Of a DNA stretch of 64,000 nucleotides, positions 50,878 to 62,558 are shown piece by piece. The position numbers were made by a program, and so were the translations under genes. Source of the DNA: Hydrolagus affinis (lineage: Eukaryota); contig JAAILG010000289.1 of NCBI GenBank assembly GCA_012026655.1, positions 1 to 64,000 on the forward strand. Direction: 5' to 3'. Positions within the stretch are counted from its first letter, which is position 1, and each line of letters begins with the position of its first letter. The notes beneath the pieces were generated by a model that was not told the DNA's origin, ran no database searches, and was given only the letters and a program-made list of their open reading frames with translations.

Positions 50878-52343
50878 ATAAGAGATGTGGATAGTTACAA
50901 GACACATTCTCTAAGAGATTGGGTGATCAGTACATTGGAGATCCTAATAGCTATAATGCATAAATCAAACGATTTGCCTCATGGTATATTAGGTGTTAAT
51001 GCGAGATGTTTTATGACCCATGTACCCTGCCAGAACCAAGTTCAATTTGCGGAGCTGCAGTGAATTATAGCTTTGAATGTCATATGGGTTGAGTCCTTAT
51101 TTTGTTGTTGTCCTGACATCTGGCCATGCGTTTAACAACAACAAATTACACATTTATAGCCTGCTTCACATTGGAAAGATGTCCCACGGCATTGGACAAT
51201 CAGGGGTTTTGGTCCCAGGGTGGGAGTTGGGAACAGAAGGGGATTGGTGGGGGGAGGGGGGGTAAGGAGGTACTTGAAGGCACTATCGAAGAGGAAGGTC
51301 ACCAAAAACACACTTGTTAGACTTCCCAATCAGAAGCTTACCAGGTGAAGAAGGTGATTCTGGCCAGTGGTGCAGTGTAGGGGCGGGGATATAGCCATCT
51401 GAAAATGAGTCTATCTGCCCCTCGCTCCTTCATTTGACTAGCAGGATTTCTATTTACAATGATCTCCACTCCAGCATTGGTGGCCAGATGTTGCATTACT
51501 AGAGCTACTGTAACCAAATCAGGAAATGACCAGCAGGTCAACATTAACTTTAACATTGAAACAAAAAATCAATATGAATCTGTAAAATGGATTGACCTGT
51601 TACTCACCATAAGAGGATTCCTGCTGGTCTTCAATAATTGTGCTGCACAGTTGTCTCCAATCCCAGATTATCCGACATGTGTAGGAAGGTATGGGAGGGC
51701 AAGTCTGGCTTCCTCAAGTCTGGTTCAATTTCTCCATCTTCCTCAAGGACCCGACTCAACAGGATCTGCATCAACTCATGTTGTGGAACATGCAAACCCA
51801 TCTGTCCTTGGGTTAGCCCTCAACGGATTTATCTCCTACAATCCCAACAAGTTCAGAGAAATATCCATTGTTTTGGAGTTTTGAGGAAGGCCATGTATTT
51901 TGAAGGATTTGCGGGGAAGAGCAGGGAGATTCAAGAAATAATGCAGTCACACAAAGGCATTGCCAGGAAAAGAGTCAACAAAGAAATACAACCTCCTCAA
52001 CCACTCCACAGCACTGAATAGTAAACCCTCCCTTCATTCACACTCAAATGATCAGTAAGGGTACACAGAATCATTAAATTCTTACAACAACAAAATGACA
52101 TTTAAAGAGCGCCTTTCACATCAGGAAGATGTCCCAAGGCGCTGAACAGTCTGGTCGGGACCTGAGCATGGGGGAGGGGCAGTGTAGTGGGGAGGAGAGG
52201 GAGAATGGTAGGAGGGGAAGAAGAGAGTTGGGAGAATGGCAGAAGGCACGATCAAAGAGAAGGTTCTTGAGAACAGCTTGAAGGAGGCAAGGGAGGAAGG
52301 GACTGGGGGATAGAGTTCCAGAGTGTGCGGGCTTAATATGCAG

Positions 52344-53498
52344 AAGGTAAGCCTCGATTTACGTCGCTTCTGTTTAGGACATTTCGATTGAAGGATCATA
52401 ATTTTTTAACACCTTTTGATCGATATACGACATTTAGATTCGTTTTAAGGACCAAAATTTTTGTTGTGCATGCACAGTACATATTTTGCATATCGTGGTC
52501 GCATTTCGTGCGTCCTTTTTGTCCATACGCACAATCCATAGTGTATTCGCAGGTAAATCCAAGCACTTGAACTGGCCAATAGCATGTCGCCACATCATTG
52601 TTTAAAAGCCAGCTGATTTCGAAGCGACACCACGCCACGTCAGTATTACAGTCATTTCCGAACATTCCTGAGCAACTTCGAGCGATTTACAGCCTCTACC
52701 GCAATTATAGCAAATTGCGAAGAGACAGCAGTAAGTGAAATGAGCAGCGGTAATACCGCTAGCGGCCAGAAACCCCGCAAAGTCATCACTTTAAATACCA
52801 AATTGGAGGTGATAAAGCGCATCGATTCTGGTGAAAAAGGTATGGACGTCGGGAAGGGTTTAGGGCTAGCTAGATCGACAGTGGCTACTGTAAAACAGAA
52901 TAAGAACAATATACTGGCAAGTTCAAAGTATGTTACAGCTACAGGTGCAAGCAGATTAGCAAAACATAGGAGTGATCTGACAGAAAACATGGAAAGAATG
53001 CTGAGTGTCCAGATTGAGAATCAGAACCAGTGTAATATACCACCCAACACCCTGGTTATCAAAGAGAAGGCAAAATCATTGTTTAGGAGTTAAATGATCA
53101 GGAAGGATAAGGCTCAACGGCACCATCTTTCAGTGCTAGCAGAGGGTGGTTTCAAAGGTTTAAAAGACACTATGGGCTCCACAACATCAAGATGAGTGGG
53201 GAAGCTGTAAGTGCCACTACCACTGTCACACTGCCAGTATTAAAGTTTGCCAGTATTAAAGTACAATACTATACAGTTACCCCAAATACCCCTTCTTGTC
53301 TATGTGTGTTAAATTGTGTGTTATGTTGTGTGGTTTTGTGTGTTATTTATTGGGTTTAAGGTCCGAAAATTTTGTGAAAAGAACGCATCTCTGGTTATAT
53401 AATGGAACTGCATGGGAAATCGCGTTTCGATTTAGGACGTCTCGATATACATATAGTTTTTCAGGAACACAACCCCATCGTAAATAGAGGTTTACCTC
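52344..53498 (+). mobile_element. Non-autonomous Tigger/pogo DNA transposon (about 1.15 kb)
   Basis: TIRs AGGTAAGCCTCGATTTACG (52345-52363) and reverse-complement AGGTAAACCTCTATTTACG (53479-53497), 17/19. TA at the right end. Subterminal TCGATWTA-type repeats. Confidence 0.88.
52740..53215 (+). pseudogene. Tigger transposase N-terminal remnant (CENP-B-type HTH domains); DDE domain deleted
   Basis: RKVITLNTKLEVIKR...GLARSTVATVKQNK...IKEKAKSLF, then after a frameshift near 53085 and a stop: FSASRGWFQRFKRHYGLHNIKMSGEAVSA. Confidence 0.85.
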
Positions 53499-54740
53499 TA
53501 TTTACTTATAGCTATCTATCTAATCCCATTCCCCTGCTCTTCCACCCCACCCCCAAACCCTTCAATAATAATTTTGTTATATTATTTTCAAACTATATTT
53601 TAATATTCATACAATTCCATTTGAAGTACTGGTTTCAACAACCACTATGTGCTAAAATATTCCATATACCAACAACCAAAGAAAGGAAAGGTTAGAAGAA
53701 ACATTTTTACACCGAGGTAAAGCTACTTCCTCTAACTTCCCCCTTTTTATCCTCTATTGAATTAGTGCTCTCCTGTTACTAACATGTGGATCAAATAGTC
53801 TTCTTCTATTTACCCTTCAAAACCAATTCTACATTTTAAAAATCTCTATTTTATCTACCTTAACCTACTCTTCTTCATTGAAAAATTGTCTCATCTTTTC
53901 AGATCACTCCCCAAAGCTATTACCTCTCATCTCCATGACTACCATGCCTTTTCTGTGTTGGGGTGTGCAAAACTAGGGCTCAATAACCAACTTCAACCTA
54001 AATCAACGTTCATATGAAATTGCAGCCATTTTGCTCCTGGTGCTTCAAATTCTAGAACTACATTTGACTTTTTAATGGTCTTGCCAACTTCTACAGCCAC
54101 CTTTAAAGACCTGTGGATCTGTACTGCTAGTTTTCTTTGCTCCTTCCTAACATTAAGAATGTTAAATATTGTTAAACATGGCAAAATGTCTTGGTATAAT
54201 TGTTCATCACTGTCATGTGACAGTGTCAACCAAGGTGTGAAGAATGTTATGGTTACATACATGTGAACAATCTGAAGAGAAATAACTCAATCTTTTATGC
54301 TGTAGTGCTTCATTCTGTCAAAGGATCTCAAAGCAGTGCAAAAGCAATTACTGTCAAGTGTGTTTATCTAGGCAAACATGGCAGCCATTTATGCCAGCAA
54401 AGTTCCACAAACAGCAATGCGGTGAATGACTGATTAATCTGTAGGATTGATGGCCAAGATATCAGGAGAATATCACTTCACATTTTGAATAGAAAAAAAA
54501 ACTTTCAATTTTACAGTGCCTATAACATTGAAACATCAATGAACTCTCTCTTTTCCAATAATATCATAGTATCCTTCTGAAGAAAAAGCAGCCAAAACGA
54601 GGATTTAATTTATACGAAAGATAGCTTTTCTGATAATGCATCACTCCCCCAGGACTGCATTGGATTGGCAGACTTGGACATACTTGAGGTAACAATCTTA
54701 CAACCCAAAGACTAGAGAACTATATAAAAAAATTAAAATT

Positions 54741-54868
54741 ACTGCAGATGCTGGAAATCTGAAACAAAAACAGAAATCGCTGGGAACAACCAGCAGGTCA
54801 GGCAGCATCTATGGAGAAAGGAAAAGTGAAACAACGTTTCAGGTCCCCGTCCCTTTGTCAGAGAACTG
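54741..54868 (-). mobile_element. Penelope-like terminal repeat fragment common in cartilaginous fish
   Basis: actgcagatgctggaaatctgaaacaaaaacagaaa...cagcaggtcaggcagcatc...aacgtttcagg matches a recalled shark repeat. Partial second copy at about 63486-63514. Confidence 0.6.
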
Positions 54869-57800
54869 GAGAACTATAAATTGAGCCAAGCTGACCTAAT
54901 CCCAAGTAAAAGAGCCCATGAGTATTGTCATGAGATATTTAACATCCACCTGAAGAATAGGCAGATTGTACATTGGTTTGTTGTCTCATTTGAAAGCTGG
55001 CACCCCAGACAACAGGGCTATTGTAGTCTAGAACTGTGATCTTGCTGTTTGTACAATCTTAGATCACAAAGCTAAAATGGGGGACATCAATCCATCCTGA
55101 ATGGAAAGAAGAATTTAAATCACGGATGGAATCAGCAGCTTGAATGTGGTTCGTTTCTGGAAGAAGTCAAGAAAAGGAACTCTTTGAGCTTTGGAAATTG
55201 CAAATTTGATGTCATATCAGCAATAACATTTTCACACTTGGAACTGTTGCCTCATGGGATAGACTGCCACCTAGTGTAGTGAATGTAGACTTGCGTTATT
55301 CACTGAACACTGCAAGGAGTGCTGCCAATCGAATGAGCAGCATATCAATAGGGACTTAGTGTAAACTTCAAAGTCAACAGGAGATAGAAATGGTTGGCAT
55401 GGGCCATAGACCAAGATGAGAACAGAAGCTGAAATACCTCTTTTGTTTTCTAAATTTCAAGTTCTCTTGGAAAGGCACTAGATATAAAAATTCATTTCAT
55501 GTGTGCAACAGCCCTGGAGTAAAAACTGAAACGTCTCTCGCACAGTTTGGTTCTTGTCTCAATGTCAACTTTGTTTTATTGAGAAACCTTAGTCAAGGCT
55601 GAGAATGAAGGACATCATCAACGTTGAAATACCATAAGATCAGTCAACATAATTCAAGAAGTCGTGGTTGGGTGATGTGAAGCTTGGATTTAAAAGTCTG
55701 TACATTGTAGAGGAAAAGATTGATGCAGACAAGGAGTTCCGCAGTTTTGTGTTCCTGGGAAAAAATGTGTTAGAGGAGGAGACTATATGATTTCAATAAT
55801 ATAGGAATGCAAGGAGGAGTCAGATTGTGTAGGATGGGGTACTTGGAGCTTAGATAAATAAATCATTCTAAATTTTAGCAGATGAGATGTTATTTGAGAT
55901 GTTACTACGCAGTTTCTGTACTGGAGAAGCTGCTAATGGCTGGTGTAAACAGCAAATGGTAACATCTCTCCTACAAGTGACAACCATCTCCTGCACAAAT
56001 GGTGTACAGCTTCCATATCAGGCTGTACCAGAGTTTATTGTCACAGGTACTCAAAGGTACAGTGGCTTTAATTTTTTGTGGGGGGGAGGAGTTAAGATGC
56101 TATTTTTATGCTCACAACAAACGTAGATATCTGTCTGTTTTGGCGAAGTGAACACTTATTTTCGCAACTGGTGTCAGCATTAAGCACTACCAAGTAAAGA
56201 ACAGCATGGGTTATGTGAGACTCAAGCTTTCCTAAGGCTGCCTATCAAGCACAATCAAAGTTAGCCGTAATGTCCAGTTAAATTGGCCTAAATCGGGTAC
56301 ACTATGGGTGAATGAAGAGTGACACTTTCTTGACTCAACTACTGTGAAACGTGGTCCGGCACAATTAAATGCAGAAGAACACTCCTAGGCACTATCTGCC
56401 TTCAGCCTTTCCATTCTCAATTTCCTACATAGAATCATAGAATCTTACTGCACAAAAGGAGGCCATTCGGTCTATCGAGTCTGTGCCGGCTCTTTAAAAA
56501 GAGTAATTTAATCCCACTCCCAGCTCTCTCCCCATAACCTCGCAAACCTGTCCTCTCCTTCTGGCCTGTCTATTACCAGTTCTGTGTGGAAGTGTGGCAA
56601 CATATCTAAAGTTGTGTACTGTACTATGGAGCTGTATCTATAGGAACTGGATAAATACAGGATCTATAAAGCTGGCCAAGAAAGGAATTTGATCCAGTCA
56701 CTCTGGGCTGGATTGAAGTGGTCAGGGACTCAGTCTCTTTGGTTGTAACAGAAGGTACATCCTACAGGGATCTTAATGTCAACCTTGCTTTCCTATAGTC
56801 CACATGTTTGTCTGTTGATGTATTTACATACCTAGAGAGTAAAGGAAAAGTCAGAGGGCAGGTCACCCAAGGCTTCTCTTGCAGCCAGCTCAAGGGTGGT
56901 ATTGACAGAGGCTTGGTTGCAGCCCAGCCTCCACGCGCAAGGGATGACGCATGGTGCGGAGAATTCTAAAGAGGGAGAGAACATAACAAATAACCAGGAC
57001 AAAAAAAAGAAGCTGCCTTTGTGTGGTATGCTGTAATCACAGCAACATTACATCTCTCTGATGTCACCCTGTGGTTTGTTGCGAGTTTCACACAAACAAT
57101 ATTGGCTCAATGAAATTGGAACTGAGGTACTCTCAGAGCAACACAAGTTCAGCAGACGCCGTGACTTAGTTTCCAGGTCCTCGGGTACACATTCATGAGG
57201 AGTTTCCTTTGTGGCCGTGCCAATCCATTTCTTTGCTATTGGTGCCAGTGGTCACAATAAAAAGACCTCCCCTCTCATCATACTGCACATGGCCTCTGCA
57301 TGGGGTAGTGCAAGTTTGTCACCAGGGATCAATAAGTTATTTCAGAGATAGTGTAAGAATGTGGCTATAATTGGACACACCCTCTCTATACAGGTTATTT
57401 CAGAACAATTACTATGGATGATCTATCTATATGGGTTATTGCTGAGGCAGTGCTGTAACTCTGGATGGGTGGTCTCTCCATATGTCGAAGCGCTTAATGA
57501 AGGCTGGTTCTTTTCTTCTGGGGAGCAGTCGGGGATCTCAGAGCGCGAGTCAAACATGGCCAGGTCACACACCCCTCCCTGCACCTGGTCCCAGAGCAAC
57601 ATTAATAGATTACTCGGAATAACAATCACAAAAAATTTGTATAGCGGCTTTCATGAGAGACCCACTCAAAGGAGAAACAATCATAGAGGACACCTTAATG
57701 TCATGACCAAGTATTCCCCTCCCAAATAATCTCAATTTTCAACACTGATAGTTGCGCAGTATGTATTGTACGTATGGTAAAGATGGATGTCTAAAGCCAT

Positions 57801-59739
57801 CATATGAGATAGCTTGATGACATGATGGAAAGATGATAGCAAAGGATGATATCAAATAGGCTGAGAGGCCAACTTCACCTCCATTGCTCTTGTGAAAACC
57901 CTGCTCTGATGTATCTTCCCAAAGAAGGCCACTTATAATGCATGATTTGGTCTGAGCATAGCTGTTGTCAGATAGCAAAGGACAAGGAGGAAAATAAATG
58001 TATATTCGAGGATGCACATCATTAATCTACTCTTTGTAGAGTGATGAGAAAAGATGTTCTTAAATGAAGGATTGTTTTAGGCTGCTCTCGGCTGTGTCTG
58101 TGTGTGTGGGAGGTGACCCAGATGCAAGTTGGAGTTCCATTCCGTTAATTTCTGAGCAGGAGCCGCAGAGTCTCAGAGGAAAGGGTTATTGGCTGAATAG
58201 TTCCTGGTGAGTCTAAGTCAGCAGGATAAAAGACAGTGGTTGAACACCCATAAAATACAGAGGAACACCCCCATAAAAGCCAAGTATAAAGATAGAATTG
58301 TTCATTGACAATCATGATTCCAATCATGAACCGTCCAACTTAAAAAGTTACGTAACGAAATAGGCAGCCCACTTGCTGGCTAAGGAGAGTGTTCCAGTGC
58401 GGTGTTAACAAGTCTGCAAGAGTTTTTCCGATCTCTGTGTAATGAATGGGAACTTAGCATTGAGCGACACTCTTTGACTAGAAGGACATATGGAGTTAAT
58501 CAAATTTCAATGAAGACCTCACTAGGATTATTTTTTTGTTTTAAAAAAAACATACACAGAGCTAAATAGCAAACAAATGCACCGACCTTAAATAGAGGTT
58601 TAAAGTCAGCTTTGTTCTGCAAGCTATTTGCTTGACCGTCGTGTGTCATTAGCAGAGGTTAAAGTGCACTGGGAATAAATGGCCCCGCTTTAAGGAATTA
58701 AACCTCAACCGTTCACAAAAGTCAAAAACATACACACAAGTTAGCAATGAGGTGCAAGTGTAATTTGTCCATCATTACTGGGAGATTAGTTGAATATTGT
58801 AACCGGGATATCAGATGGAGTTCAGATATAGAGTGAATTTCAGGCAGCAATTTACTGACAAACTGGCCTTATCTCCCCTGAATGTGCCTTCGCTGTAACT
58901 GCCTGGCTTCATAAATCACTGAAACTGTAGAGCGTATAATTGCAATTCTGCACTCGGTCTTCCAAATTCCGTCAAGTGTAGCTAGTCTAAATGTGGCTCA
59001 TTTAAAGAAAAAAGTGTAATATGAGGCTTGGCACCAGACAGACTGGAAGCACTAGGGCTCGGTTACAAGGCCCTGCATACTTTCCTCAGCCACAGTTATC
59101 TGTTAATAGTAAACTGATAGCATAAAGCGGTATCACTCGCACTGTGACAGTCTATGTTTTTTTTGTGGGGGGGGCGGGGGGGGTGGAATTCTACTCACTG
59201 AACCTCTGCTGGTAGCAGAGAAACTCAGTTCTATTGGTGGGGGGGAGAGGTTGAGAGACAGGTATAGGGGTGGGGGGGAAAAGAGGGTTTCTTGGCTAAA
59301 CATTAAGGCCCCCTGGGAGTTATTTAACAGACTAATTTGTTTCTCTGTTTCGCAACACAGCCTCGAGCAGAGTTTAATGGTGCACGTTTCAAAGCCCTTA
59401 CAATAAGGCTTTAGCAACCTCAGCACAGGCACCAGCGGCAATCCTCAAAGACAAAGGGAAAAGGCAACTTTTCCAGTTAATTAACACCAAACTGAGAGGG
59501 CGACTATTGCCTTGCAATCTCAGCTGCTACTGAGGAGACTCTTGCTCCCCTCCCTGCTCTCATTCTGGAGTTTGTGAGATGGACAAAGTCTAGGCAGTTT
59601 GATGCTGTTTGACCAATCAAAATGTAGAAAGCATATCAAAGGAATGGAGAATGTTTAGAAATCATGTCAAACCTACATTGGTCTGAGGACAATGCTCAGC
59701 CTCTCTTCTCTTACAGGTATATAAAGGTACATAAAGACA

Positions 59740-60360
59740 CATCACAGAAACAGGCCAATCAGCCCAACTAGTTCATGTTGGTGCTTGCACCCCAAACAAG
59801 TCTTCATGCATTTCTTACTCGCTTCCATACCCTTCTATTCCCCTCTGCCTTGGGTGTAGATTCCTCTTGAATGCATCTATAATCATAAATTTCACAATCT
59901 CACTACCCTCTGCATGAGATAATAATAAATAAAGAAATAATAATCCTTACATTTGATATAGCGCTTTTCATGTCTTCCAGACATCTCAAAGCGCTTCACA
60001 GAATATAATGTAAAATGAATTGACTGTATATTTGTGAGTGAAATTCCTCCTAAATTCTCTTTTTGATCCCTTAGTCACTATCTTCCATTTGTGTGGTTAC
60101 AGAATCTCCAACCAGTAGAAACAGCCTATTTACCTTTACTTTATTGAACCCTTTTATAATTCTATACACTTCTATTAAATCCTCCTTTAAAGACTTTTTT
60201 TGAGAGAAAAAAGGCCGAACCAGTTTATCCTGATAGCAGTTACCTACCAACTCCGGAATCTTACTCGTAAACATATGCTGAATTCTTTCCATTGCTTTTT
60301 CTTTCCTGTGATGTGGAGATCATACTCCAAATGTGGTCTAACCAAGATTTTGTATAAATT
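59740..60360 (-). mobile_element. CR1 LINE 3' fragment with a nested SINE tail (59920-60040)
   Basis: ERIQHMFTSKIPEL...DLIEVYRIIKGF is the CR1 ORF2 C-terminus. Confidence 0.75.
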
Positions 60361-62498
60361 CAGAATACTTCAAGATTAGGTTGACCAATTCAGGTTGACC
60401 AATTTATGTAGCACCTTCAGAGGACGTCCCGAGGCGCTGGACAATCAGTGTTTTGGACCCGAGCTGCAGGTCAGAATCGGGAAGAGTGGAGAGCCAGGTG
60501 GGGAAAGACGATGATTGAAGGTGATTGAAGGCATGGTCAAAGAGGAGGATATTGAGACAGGTCTTGAAGGAAGCAAGGGAGGGGGCCAAGAAATGGGACG
60601 GCAGGATGGAGTTCCAGAGGGTGAGGCAGAATGGCTAGAGGCCTACTTGCCAATGGTGGGGCGGGCGAGATAGGGGACGTGAAGCAGGCAGGAGCCTGCT
60701 GAGCAGAGGGAGCGGGCAAGGTGGGAGATAGGAGATCGCAGAAGTAGGGGGAATCAAGGCCATGGAAGGTTTGAAGGTGAGGACCAGGATATTAGAATAC
60801 TTGTACAATATGAATGCACACCACAAAGAGTTTGCATTCACTTAAAAAGCAGTTGTCCTGTGGACCTGAAGTTATCAGAATTGCGGTATTCCTTCCAGTT
60901 TCTGTTACTGCCCAGTCCACACTAGAAGTGATGTCAGCAGTGACCCGACGACTCAGAGCAGGGATTGATAGCCAGTTTTTTCTACTGTGCACCCGTTCTA
61001 ACAGTGTCTACATTTTTTTGGCCCAAGACTCTGTGTTATAAAGGGGGTATTTGGTGTAGTTTTATCATGTCAAAACATCTCGAAGTACTTTACAAGCAAT
61101 TGTTGTCAAGTGTAGTGACTAGTTTTGTTCGGCAAACACAGCAGCCACCTTGGCTAGGGGTAACTGTATTAACATATCTCCTCCCCCACCTCATCACTTG
61201 TTCCACAAATGTCAGTGATACAATAGAGTGAATAGAAATAACACAGCCTTTCATTAGAAAGCACGTTCCAAGAGCTCCACTAGCTTCAACTCTAATGGAA
61301 TGCTTTGTGTAGCCTGTTTGTCTTTAGGGAGTATATTTGTTACACTTAGATAACACACAAATTGTTTTCTAAAAGTTTCCTTAAAACAGATTGTGTTGCT
61401 AGGATTCGAGAAGGCGGGTTAACCCTTTCAGCAACGTCTCAAGCACCTGAGGAGACTTGCCTCAGTCTTGAAGGGACAATCTAATCTGACCTAATCTGCC
61501 ATTAGGCCTGAATTATTGAAGCACAGGAGGAAATGGAAATTAGTGTCCTGCTTCTGAGCAGTGTCCTAAAATGTATGTGATTCCAAATAGGAGTTGCTAT
61601 GGGAAACAGATGCTCCCTGGCTGAGAAAGCATTTCCAGGGGCCAATATCTCCTACATGTAAAACAATGTCCAAACAGAAATGTCAGTACTCTAAAAGGGA
61701 ATATTGAGAATTCGAAAGAAAAACCTGACATTTTTATAATGATTTATCATGTCCAAAACATCTCAAAGTGTTTTACAGTCATCACTGCCAAGTATAGTGA
61801 CTGTGATTCTGTAGACAAATGCAGCTGCCAATTTGCATATTGTCAGGTCTCACAAACAGCCAAGAGATGAATGACCAATCAATCTAGAGGATTATTGGCA
61901 TGGACATCAACATAAACATTTCTCTTCAAAATTGAGTTGTGGTATCTTTAATTCCAGCATTTGCTTTTTAAGTTTTTTTCCCGAAGGATGGCACCTCTGA
62001 CAATCCAGTGGACTCCCCTTAATGCTCTGGAGTTCAAGCGAAGACAATGAGGTCAAGTCCCAAGGTAAGAAACACTCCGATTCAGAGTTGAAAGTAATCC
62101 TAATTGACAAAAATGATGTGACTATTGCAATATTGTCAAAGGTGGGTTGGCACAACAGCCATGGGTGCCAACAAATAAGTGGCAGGGGTAAGTTTCTCCT
62201 AGTGGAAATATGAGGAACTTTTGCCCGCAAATGAAACAGGCTTGTTTAAAGTTGAGTATAGATCTTCCTGCTGTGCAGAAAGGTTTAAAAATAGAGCGTG
62301 GCGGACTGGCGATGTAGGACGTTCACAGGAATGGGAGAATGACAATGAATAATGAGGTGTTAAACTGACCCATTTAGAGGAATGATTAACAGATTTGTGA
62401 AGCTGGGATCAGAGCCATGAACTCAGCGTAGCAGGGAATGCTGTATTGGGTATGAAGAGTACACCCTATCTAAGGTCTTTAATATCAGTGGACCTAAT

Positions 62499-62558
62499 GT
62501 GTGTAAGTGTGTGTGTGTGTAAGTGTGTGTGTATGTATGTATATTTTTGTGTGTGTGT
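62499..62558 (+). repeat. Imperfect (TG)n microsatellite
   Basis: Directly visible. Confidence 0.9.

Noticed and set aside
51459-52021. Plus-strand ORFs of 141 aa and 127 aa
   Set aside because: No recognisable domain. Splice signals in this region favour the minus strand; covered under the degraded-cluster finding.
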